Positions 21,567-30,800 of a DNA stretch of 64,000 nucleotides are shown piece after piece. Below the pieces are notes generated by a model, which saw only the letters and a program-made list of their open reading frames with translations, ran no database searches and was not told where the DNA came from. Within the stretch, counting starts at the first letter, position 1. Each line of letters begins with the position of its first letter. The stretch covers positions 4,608,001-4,672,000 of the forward strand of contig CP181291.1 of NCBI GenBank assembly GCA_052279835.1, read 5' to 3'. The DNA is from Microcoleus sp. (GTDB lineage: Bacteria; Cyanobacteriota; Cyanobacteriia; Cyanobacteriales; Microcoleaceae). The position numbers and the translations under genes were made by a program.

Positions 21567-21918
21567 GTGTTTTTTTCACTATAGTATCCTACCTTAGCAC
21601 AGGTTTCTGGGTAAAGCAACCATATTTTGAAAAATTTTTCCCAAATTTGCGATCGCCCCAGCACCCATCCCATAGAAAGCGCCTCAAATCCATACACAGA
21701 AAGACCAAGGTGGCTGGCACTCTATCAAACAGTTGTTACCGCCTTTGCTGTGAGATTCACCAACTACTCAGTCCCAGCAGCACTCTGACTCGGCTAGAAG
21801 CAGCCCAGCGACAAACCAGAACACCAATAAAAACCAAACAATTAAAATAAGACTATAGCGCTTTCAGATTCTTATCCGTCGTCGAATCCCAAATCGCCAA
21901 TCCCCATCCCCAATCAAT

Positions 21919-23436
21919 ATGAGCTACTGTGTCAACCCAGAATGTCGCCATCCTCAAAATTCTAGCACTGCCAAATTTTGCTTAAACTGCGGCTCTCACT
22001 TATTGCTCAGACAGCGATATCGCCCCATAGAACCCCTGGGGAAAGGTGGATTTGGCAAAACTTTTTTAGCACTGGATGAAGACTTGCCATCCCAACCCCG
22101 CTGTGCAGTCAAGCAATTTCAATTTTACGATCGCGATCCCGAAATTTTCCAGAAAGCCCTGGAACTATTTCGTCAAGAAGCTATGCGTTTGGATGAACTC
22201 GGCAATCATCCGCAAATTCCCAATTTGTTAGCCTGCTTTGAACAAGAAACCCAGATTTATTTAGTTCAAGAATTTATTGAAGGACTGACTCTCAAACAAG
22301 AATTAGACCAGAATATATATAGTGAAAATCAGATTTGGCAATTGTTGCAAGATTTATTGCCAGTGCTGCAATTTATCCACGAGCATCGGGTCATTCACCG
22401 CGACATCAAGCCCGAAAATATTATTCGCCGCCAGTCGGACAACAAACCGGTATTGATTGATTTCGGGATTGCGAAACTGCTGACAGATACCGCCTTACTC
22501 CGTCCCGCAACTTTAATCGGTAGCCAAGATTATTTAGCTCCCGAACAAATGCGGGGTAAAGTATTTCCTGCCAGCGACCTTTACAGTTTAGGTGTCACTT
22601 GCATTCGCATGATGACCCAAGTTCCGCCCTTGGATATGTATGATTGCCACACCGAGCGTTGGTGGTGGCGCGATTACCTCCCAAAAGGTACAACTATTAG
22701 CACGGAATTAGGTAAAATCTTAGATAAATTGTTGCAAACTCATCTCAATCAGCGATATAGTTTTGCTGTCGAAGTTTTGCAAGATATTCAGGCAGTTTGG
22801 CCACTGACTATTGCTGAACTTAATTCCCAGCAACTTCAGATTATCCCTAATCTGAGTCATCGCGAGAATTCGCCTAATTTGAGTTTATCACCAACTCCTG
22901 AACCTGAGATATTAAAAACAAATGTAACTAATCCCCTGCAACATTCGACGGGAGCTGTGAATTTGAATTTGCCATTAAATTTAATTTCAGTCAAGGGAAT
23001 TGATTATCATAAATTGCAGGATTTTTTGTCTAGTAAAAAGTGGCAAGCAGCGGATCGAGAAACTTGGGTACTGATGTGTCAAGCCCTCTCTTTGACGGTG
23101 GGAACTCAACTAGAGGTTAGCCAGATTTACCAGTTACCGTGCGAAGATTTGCAAATAGTCGATCGCCTGTGGGTACACTACAGTCAAGGTCAGTTTGGAT
23201 TCAGTGTCCAAAACCAAGTTTACCAAAGTGTTAAGGGAGATTATATCAGATTTTGCGATCGGGTAAACTGGCCAACCTACAACTCTGCTACTGCTTTTAG
23301 CCAGCTTAAATTTACCCAACAAGCACCCCAAGGACATCTGCCATCTCGTAGTTGGGTAGGCGGTGTTCAATGGCTGCGACACCTGGATGCGATGTCAACA
23401 AGATTAACCCAGTGCAGTAATATTTCTGCTAGATAG
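21919..23436 (+). CDS. Ser/Thr kinase with N-terminal Cys motif and C-terminal GUN4 domain
   Basis: YCVNPEC..FCLNCG; HRDIKPEN; WQAADRET..LPCEDL..FGFSVQ..GHLP. Confidence 0.92.
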   Translation: MSYCVNPECRHPQNSSTAKFCLNCGSHLLLRQRYRPIEPLGKGGFGKTFLALDEDLPSQPRCAVKQFQFYDRDPEIFQKALELFRQEAMRLDELGNHPQIPNLLACFEQETQIYLVQEFIEGLTLKQELDQNIYSENQIWQLLQDLLPVLQFIHEHRVIHRDIKPENIIRRQSDNKPVLIDFGIAKLLTDTALLRPATLIGSQDYLAPEQMRGKVFPASDLYSLGVTCIRMMTQVPPLDMYDCHTERWWWRDYLPKGTTISTELGKILDKLLQTHLNQRYSFAVEVLQDIQAVWPLTIAELNSQQLQIIPNLSHRENSPNLSLSPTPEPEILKTNVTNPLQHSTGAVNLNLPLNLISVKGIDYHKLQDFLSSKKWQAADRETWVLMCQALSLTVGTQLEVSQIYQLPCEDLQIVDRLWVHYSQGQFGFSVQNQVYQSVKGDYIRFCDRVNWPTYNSATAFSQLKFTQQAPQGHLPSRSWVGGVQWLRHLDAMSTRLTQCSNISAR

Positions 23437-23633
23437 TAATTTTTTCTAAAACATATTGAGTGATTTTTATAATTTTTACTCTACCTCAAAGCAGAGAAAT
23501 TAAGCTCATTATATGTAACTCACGACCGAGGTTGTATCCTATCGCCCATCGCACAATGGATGACGAAGGTGAACACAGCTAAAGTCTGAATTGCTCAGAT
23601 TTTAACAACAGAACTCAGTGGAGAGATAGAGTT

Positions 23634-24317
23634 ATGTTTTTTCATAAAAAACAATTGATGGCTGCGGTAAAGGTAGACGAAGCCAACCCTCGTTTTGCCC
23701 AACTACTACTAGAACAGTTTGGGGGAGCTACCGGAGAACTGACAGCAGCTCTGCAATACTGGGTGCAGTCCTTTCACTGTGAAGATCCACAGATTAAGGA
23801 TATGCTACAAGATATTGCGATCGAAGAATTCAGCCATTTAGAAATGGTGGGCAAACTCATCGAATCACACACCAAAAATGTTGACCAAACAGAAGCTTAC
23901 AAAAGCACTTTGTTTGCTGTGCGAGGTGTAGGCCCGCATTTGTTGGACAGCCAAGGTCAAGCTTGGACAGGAGCTTATGTCAACGAAGGTGGCGATGTGG
24001 TGCGCGATTTACGTGCTAATATCGGTGCGGAAGCCGGAGCTCGCCAAACCTACGAAGCATTGATTAATCTGGCATCGGATGCGGGTACGAAAAAGACGCT
24101 GCACTTCTTGCTGACTCGCGAAATTTCTCACACTGAAATGTTTATGAAAGCTCTGGAATCTATGGGCAAACTTACCGATCCCATGTTTGGTAATATTCCG
24201 CCAGATTCCACTGTGGATCTGTTCTTTAACTTGTCTAGCGATGGCAAGGATCAACCCACTGCTTTGAATTCAGAACCCAATTTCAAGTATATCGCCGATC
24301 CTGCTCCTCAAGGTTAA
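23634..24317 (+). CDS. Manganese catalase (KatB-like)
   Basis: EQFGGATGEL, IEEFSHLE, DLRANIGAE, REISH. Confidence 0.93.
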   Translation: MFFHKKQLMAAVKVDEANPRFAQLLLEQFGGATGELTAALQYWVQSFHCEDPQIKDMLQDIAIEEFSHLEMVGKLIESHTKNVDQTEAYKSTLFAVRGVGPHLLDSQGQAWTGAYVNEGGDVVRDLRANIGAEAGARQTYEALINLASDAGTKKTLHFLLTREISHTEMFMKALESMGKLTDPMFGNIPPDSTVDLFFNLSSDGKDQPTALNSEPNFKYIADPAPQG

Positions 24318-24346
24318 TTAGAAGATTTGGCAACTAGAATTGCATC

Positions 24347-24379
24347 AGAACCCCGACTTCTTAAAGAAGTCGGGGTTCT
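24347..24379. repeat. 33-bp dispersed palindrome, second copy
   Basis: AGAACCCCGACTTCTT-A-AAGAAGTCGGGGTTCT. Confidence 0.85.
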
Positions 24380-24469
24380 AGGTGTTCTGTTTGTTGAGTA
24401 GTTTCGGCTGGAAGATGTTATAGTTATAGTTATTGAAGATTCCGATCGACCATTAACATCACATCCATA

Positions 24470-25231
24470 TTGAAATTGCGATCGACCTATTTATTAGTCT
24501 CTCACGGCAGTCGCGACCCCCGACCCCAAGTAGCTTTGGAAAACCTAGCTCAACTGCTGTCTCAAAAATCACCAATGTTCAGCAATTCTGGCGCTTCCGG
24601 TGTTCCCACAGTCGGAACCGCCACCTTAGAGTTGGGCCCTGCGCCGCTACACGAGCAAATTTGCCGTTTTGCCGAAGATACCCTCTCCCTGGGATTGACA
24701 GAATTACAAATCTTACCCATATTTTTATTGCCCGGTGTTCATGTCGCTGAAGACATACCGGCAGAGGTAGAAATTGCCCAAAAAACTCTTTCTCCCAAAC
24801 TGAAAATTGAATTGCGGCCCCATTTGGGAACCCAAGAAGCAGGTTTAGCTAACTTGGTGAAAACTCAGATGCAAGAGGTGGCTTTTCTCCCTAATTTGCA
24901 AGTTCCAAAATGGATTTTACTATCTCATGGTAGTCGCCGTCCGTCCGGCAACTTGACAGTGGAGGAAATAGCTAACCAAGTGGGTGCTGTAGCAGCTTAT
25001 TGGTCAGTAAAGCCGAGTTTGGAAGAACAAATTGAGAGTTTAGTTCGTGATGGACAGCAGCAAATTGGCATTGTGCCATACTTCCTATTTAAGGGAGGAA
25101 TTACAGATGCGATCGCCAAAAAAGTCACAGAATTACAGCAGCAATTTTCCACAGCCGAAATTCATCTAGCAAATCCTCTAGGCGCCACTGTAGAATTAGC
25201 AGACTTAATTGGAGAGTTAATTCAAAAATGA
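24470..25231 (+). CDS. cbiX: Sirohydrochlorin chelatase, CbiX/SirB family
   Basis: Two HGSR motifs, PIFLLPGVH. Confidence 0.85.
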   Translation: MKLRSTYLLVSHGSRDPRPQVALENLAQLLSQKSPMFSNSGASGVPTVGTATLELGPAPLHEQICRFAEDTLSLGLTELQILPIFLLPGVHVAEDIPAEVEIAQKTLSPKLKIELRPHLGTQEAGLANLVKTQMQEVAFLPNLQVPKWILLSHGSRRPSGNLTVEEIANQVGAVAAYWSVKPSLEEQIESLVRDGQQQIGIVPYFLFKGGITDAIAKKVTELQQQFSTAEIHLANPLGATVELADLIGELIQK

Positions 25232-26043
25232 ACCGCAAAGATACACAAGAGGCAAAACACAAACAAGAGGTAACAATGTCTGTTGGTAAAGTTTACTTGG
25301 TAGGTGCAGGGCCAGGAGATCCAGGCTTGATGACGGTGAAAGGAAAAGCTCTGTTACAGTGTGCCGATGTCGTGATTTACGACGCTTTAGTCAGCGCTCA
25401 AATTTTGGAGTCAATCAACCCCCAAGCAGAACGAATTGATGCGGGGAAACGTCGCGGCCGCCATTCCTTAATCCAAGACGAAACTACTCAATTATTGATC
25501 GAAAAAGCTCAAGATAATGCGATCGTTGTTCGTCTCAAAGGTGGCGATCCGTTTATCTTCGGCCGTGGTGGCGAAGAAATGGCAGATTTGGTCAAAGCTG
25601 GAGTTTCTGTAGAAGTAGTTCCCGGTATCACTTCTGGGATTGCAGCAGCAGCCTATGCGGGAATTCCCTTAACCCATCGATCGTACAGTTCCTCTGTCAC
25701 TTTTGTGACCGGTCACGAATCAGCGGGAAAATATCGACCAGAGGTGAATTGGCAGGCGATCGCCCACGGCTCCGAAACCATTGTAATCTACATGGGGATT
25801 CACAATTTACCATACATTATCGGTCAGTTGACAGCAGCGCAATTGAGTGTCGAAACACCCATAGCTTTAGTGCGTTGGGGAACGCGGCCGGAACAGGAAG
25901 AATTGATCGGAACTTTGGCTACAATTGTAGAGCAAGTTGAGACGACTGGATTTGCAGCACCTGCGATCGCCGTAATCGGAAATGTCGTCAATTTGCATGG
26001 CTTATTGTCGGGATGTCGGCCTGTTTATCAGACGGTAGAATAA
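25228..26043 (+). CDS. cobA: Uroporphyrinogen-III C-methyltransferase
   Basis: LVGAGPGDP, RLKGGDPFIFGRGGEE, PGITS. Confidence 0.95.
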   Translation: MNRKDTQEAKHKQEVTMSVGKVYLVGAGPGDPGLMTVKGKALLQCADVVIYDALVSAQILESINPQAERIDAGKRRGRHSLIQDETTQLLIEKAQDNAIVVRLKGGDPFIFGRGGEEMADLVKAGVSVEVVPGITSGIAAAAYAGIPLTHRSYSSSVTFVTGHESAGKYRPEVNWQAIAHGSETIVIYMGIHNLPYIIGQLTAAQLSVETPIALVRWGTRPEQEELIGTLATIVEQVETTGFAAPAIAVIGNVVNLHGLLSGCRPVYQTVE

Positions 26044-26788
26044 ATTTTGTTTTTCCGATTACTAATATAGACGTGAGAACGCCGTCTAACGCCTTGGGGT
26101 TATCCAGATCCACCGCTTGTAGCAGGCCCGAATCCACCACTGCGGGGGCCCGATCGTCTTCCACCGTTCCATTCAACGCCGCCACCAAAATATCCGCCGT
26201 CCTTCCGCTGCCTGCGATCGCCACGATCGGGTGTTTTGCCTTCACGCTCTCCTGTGCATCTTTCCAAGTAATTTCTCCGCCATTGATCAACACCGTCACC
26301 GAGGGACAAAAGCCAGATAAGGTGCGGGCGATCTGCGCCATCCACGCCGACTCATCCCCCCATTGCGAACCCGGAACCAGAACAAAATGGGTGTGATGGG
26401 GTTCTAAGGCACAGGCATCTTCTGCCGGAGGTGGCTGATTCGGTAATGTTGCCAAACCGACGGCGGTAACGCCAATCAGAGGAAAAGTGCCACCCGTTTG
26501 GTAACGAGCCTCCCCCATCATTTGCATAATACCCGCATCGGTTCCGCCATCGACGACGTAGGCATTTAAGGACTCGGCAAGGGGAGCTAGGACTGTTAAA
26601 AAGAGCGATCGCAGCCGTTCCCGATCGACTTCGCTGAGTTTACTGGCACCGCCAACCACCACGATTACCGGACGCGGACTAGAAAGTCCCAGTTGCTCTA
26701 GAGTTAGGGTCAGGTCGGCATTGGCTTGAGGATAGAGGGCTTTTGCCGTCAGACCGTTGGAAAATTCGATCGAGAAAGATTCTTGCAT
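25988..26788 (-). CDS. Stand-alone SLOG-superfamily protein (LSDAT/TRPM-N-like)
   Basis: VVVGGA, VDGGTDAGIM, LIGV, LEPHHTHFVLV, WGDE, LINGG, IAGSGRTAD. Confidence 0.85.
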   Translation of the reverse strand: MQESFSIEFSNGLTAKALYPQANADLTLTLEQLGLSSPRPVIVVVGGASKLSEVDRERLRSLFLTVLAPLAESLNAYVVDGGTDAGIMQMMGEARYQTGGTFPLIGVTAVGLATLPNQPPPAEDACALEPHHTHFVLVPGSQWGDESAWMAQIARTLSGFCPSVTVLINGGEITWKDAQESVKAKHPIVAIAGSGRTADILVAALNGTVEDDRAPAVVDSGLLQAVDLDNPKALDGVLTSILVIGKTKFILPSDKQADIPTISHAN

Positions 26789-26881
26789 GAACAAAAAATA
26801 CAACTCAGGATAGGAGAATCGCTTCCGGGGACATAGTGTTATTATGTCCTGAAAAGAAGGTCTATTGCTTCAATCCAGCCT

Positions 26882-27047
26882 TATCGTCTTGCCGTCCGGA
26901 CTAAATGCCACTGATTTGACCCCACCCTCATGGCCGCAGCACCGTGACAAAGCGTTTATTCAACCCAGCGGCATACTCGACCTCCGTCGCACAATAGGGA
27001 GACGCGATCGATCGGGGTGAGAGAATAAATAAAAAGTTATCGCACAC
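26882..27047 (-). pseudogene. Relic of a TIR-WD40 gene (TIR fragment joined to a WD40 fragment)
   Basis: Manual translation: CDNFLFILSPRSIASPYCATEVEYAAGLNKRFVTVL, then GHEGGVKSVAFSPDGKTI in another frame. Confidence 0.8.
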
Positions 27048-27117
27048 TTTCTTGTACAAGGTTTTTTCTCAAGGTAAAGGAGATAATTGGGAGCGAATTA
27101 TTTTAAGCGATCTTCTT

Positions 27118-27726
27118 TTATCCCACTTCAGAAACCGCAATCAGAATTCGCAGTAACTGCTCCACATTTTCAGGAACTCGATACAGCGTAATATCTTGCG
27201 TTATCTGCTTGCCCGTGCGATCCAATATACCGAAACGCCAATCTTCTCCAGTGGTGACAGCGCCGTAAAGATGCGGTGTTTCAACATCAATCCACAAATC
27301 TAAGGCAATTAATTCTGCGGCAAGCTGAACGAAACCATGGGTTAAATCTGCTTGTTTTGCCTCTATAATAACGATCGAACTTGCCGTTACTACCCGATAG
27401 TCGATCGCACCTTTCAACCAATTAGAAACGGCGATCGGATATTCAATATCGAGCCGTGCATCGATTAGTTCGCACAGCTCAATTAGAATCGGTGCAATTA
27501 GCATTTCTCGTCTTGCCGCTTCGCTAGAGGGGTCTGCATAGCGAAGATTGCGTTCTAGCGTTTCCTCAATCCGGGCGACACTAAACGCGCGATCGCTAGC
27601 AGGTAAATCGAGGCGGTGGCGATCGTACCGAAATCCTAAATCTGCCAGGATATCAGCAATGTTATACCGCATTTCAAAATAGGAATGAAACGTATAACTT
27701 GCGTCGGAATTTAGGACTTTAGGCAT
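27118..27726 (-). CDS. PD-(D/E)XK-fold protein (HsdR-N-like cyanobacterial family)
   Basis: SEAARREMLIAPIL, G.IDY, IIEAK, QLAAEL, YGAVTTG..WRF. Confidence 0.7.
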   Translation of the reverse strand: MPKVLNSDASYTFHSYFEMRYNIADILADLGFRYDRHRLDLPASDRAFSVARIEETLERNLRYADPSSEAARREMLIAPILIELCELIDARLDIEYPIAVSNWLKGAIDYRVVTASSIVIIEAKQADLTHGFVQLAAELIALDLWIDVETPHLYGAVTTGEDWRFGILDRTGKQITQDITLYRVPENVEQLLRILIAVSEVG

Positions 27727-27849
27727 GACGGTATTCCAGTGTTTGTCGTCATTAAAATAGGGAGCGCGTTGACCATTTCATTTCACCTACGCTTGCATTC
27801 CATTGTAGGAGACCCAACCTACAGCCGATCGCTATTCCCAATCTATACC

Positions 27850-30800
27850 TCATCTCTCTGAAAACCGCTGTATCTCCTTCTGGGTAAATGGATTCTCACC
27901 CTTCTTCAGGGCATCAATCCAGGCTTGCCGCTGTTTTTTGCCCTCTGCCCAATCCGTGCCCTGGATAAACGCTTGAAAATCTTCGATCGCCCCAGTCGTA
28001 TCCCCCGTCAGCGCCCGAGCCACCCCACGACTATCTCGAACCCCGACATTGCCCGGTGCAAGTGCCACCGCCGTATCGCACGCCGCTATCACGGCCTTTG
28101 CCCCTTCGTGGGCGGCACCGTGCAGTGCGCCGTACCAACACAGCGTATGCCAAGACTGTTGAGGGATCTTCCAGGTTGCCTCGAACTGCTTTGCTTTCTC
28201 GAAGGCATCCAGTGCTTCCTGAACTTTACCCTCTTGGACTAGGTTTTCCCCTGTTTCGATCGAACCTTCGGCAGCCCACTGTTTAATCCTGTCCTGTGCT
28301 GGCACCTCAAGGCGGGGCAATAATTTCTGGGCCTGTTGGAACGTCGCGATGGCTTGGCTGACATCGCCTTGCCACGCGATCGATCGACCTCGATTGACTA
28401 AAAACTGCGCATTTTCTGCGTCGTTCCAGGCTGAGGTTTGACAGGTTTTGCCAGCCTCTTTCGCCACGGAGAGCATTTCCGCATCCCTAATAAGCAGCGT
28501 TTCCGGTGCGACTAAAACGGGATGTAAGATTAATCGGTTGCAGGCGCTCTTGAGCCAATCTTGCCAAGTGCCAACGCGCCAGAGACGAAGCGTGCCATCG
28601 GTACTACCGCTGATAATGGTTTTACCGTCCGGGCTAAACGCAACTGAAGTGACTGAACGTGTATGTCCCTTGAGAAACTGACCAATGGGTTGACCGGAGG
28701 TGTCCCACAAGCGAATGTTTTTATCGTAACTACCACTGGCAATGGTTTTGCCATCCGGGCTGAATTTCACCGAGTAGATTGAATTGGTGTGTCCTTTAAA
28801 CGGTTGACCGATGGGTTTGCCGGAGAGATCCCACAGGCGGAGCGTATTGTCCCGACTACCACTGACGATGGTTTTGCCATCCGGGCTAAATACCGCCGAG
28901 TAGACCCCATCCTTATGTCCCTCAAAGGGTTGACCGATGGGATTGCCTGAAGTATCCCACAGGCGAACTTTCCCGTCGCCATAGTTACCGCTGACGATCG
29001 TTTTGCCGTCCGGGCTCCAGGCCACGGACATGACCCAATTTGTATGTCCCTCAAAGGGTTGACCGATGGGATTGCCAGAGCGATCCCACAGGCGGAGCGT
29101 CTTGTCATCGCTACCACTGACAATGGTTTTGCCGTCTGGACTCCATGCCACTGCGCCGACTAGAGCTTGATGTCCTTTAAAGGGTTGACCGATGGGATGG
29201 CCAGAGCGATCCCACAGGCGGAGCGTCTTGTCTTCGCTACCACTGACAATGGTTTTGCCGTCTGGACTCCATGCCACTGAAAAGACAATACCTTGATGTC
29301 CTTTAAAGGGCTGACCGATGGGATTGCCAGAAGTATCCCACAGGCGGAGCGTCTTGTCTGCGCTACCACTGACAATGGTTTTGCCATCGGGGCTAAATGC
29401 TGCTGAGTATACTCCATAGTCGTGCCCGGTGAAGGGTTGACCGATGAGGTAGCCGTGCGTATCCCAGAGACGAATCAACCCCTTATCGTCGCTACTGAAA
29501 ATGGTTTTGCCATCGGGGCTCAATGCCACGGACGAGACTGCACCCACGTGCCCGATGAGGGGATGACTCAGCATAGAATTCCCCCGAAGATTCCAAACAG
29601 AAATGGTTCCATCGCTACCCCCACTGACGATGGCTCTACCCGTGGGACTAAATACGAGTGACCCAATCGGCGCACCCTCATGCCCTATGAAGGGTTGAGT
29701 GATGAGTTTCCCCGATGTGTCCCACAAACGAATCCGCCCGTCATTGCTGCCACTGGCAATGGTTTTGCCATTGGGGCTAAACGCCACTGACGCGACCTCA
29801 TCCTCATGCCCCGTCAAAGGTTTACCAATGGGTTGACCCTGACGAGTCCACAGCCGAACCGTTTTGTCCTTGCCGCCACTGACGATGGTTTTTCCATCGG
29901 GACTCAATGCGATCGATCGAATCCCACCCCGATGCCCTTTGAAGGGTTGACCGACGGGATTGCCAGAAGTGTCCCACAGCCGAACAGTTTTGTCCTCGCC
30001 GCTACTGACGATCGTTTTACCATCGGGGCTAAATCGGATTGACCAGACATTGCCTTGATGCCCTTTGAAGCTTTGGCTGATGAGCTTACCAGAGATGTCC
30101 CACAAGCGAATCGTCCCGTCTGCACCGCCACTGACGATCCTTTTGCCGTCGGGGCTAAATGCCACAGCATAGAGGGCGATTATAGGCCCATTGGTCAACG
30201 GGTCGAGCGGTTGACCGATGGGATAGCCAGAGGTATCCCACAGGCGAATCGTCCCGTCTTTACCCGCACTCGCGAGGATTTTGCCGTCTGGACTCAACGC
30301 TAATGAGTTGACTCCACCGGCTTGTCCCTTAAGGAGATTACGTTCTCTGGCATCCCCGGTGGCATCGCGCAAGCTAGACTTGATCTCGGCAAAGGTCTCC
30401 TGGCGAACCTCTGGCGATGCAGAGTTGCTCTCGCCCGTGGCTTTAATCGCCAGAATGAGTGCCTCTAGGGGATCGGCATCGAGCAGCGATTGGACGCGGC
30501 CGGCATTCTCGTCTAACCTGGCAATTTTGGTTTGCTCTTCGGCAATCTTCGTTTGCTTTTGTGCGTCTAGCCACAGCTTGGTGGTAACAATAGTGGCAAG
30601 GGTCATAATCCCGATCGCACCCACAGCCGCTCCCGTTAATAGCATCTTATTTTGGCGTTTGAACCCGCTACTTTTGGCTATATATGCCTTTTGTAACTCT
30701 GTCGCGACGGGCTGTTTCTTTTGGGTTTGAATGTCTTTCAACCACGCTTCGGCAATGGCTAATTCACTTCCTCGCAACAGTAAATCGTTGGTTTTATTTT

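Noticed and set aside
21461..21850. Short ORFs around the tRNA
   Set aside because: One overlaps tRNA-His; the other has no coding features
28700..29450. Regularly spaced DNA repeats suggesting a CRISPR array
   Set aside because: They are in-frame WD40 coding units; no cas genes and no unique spacers
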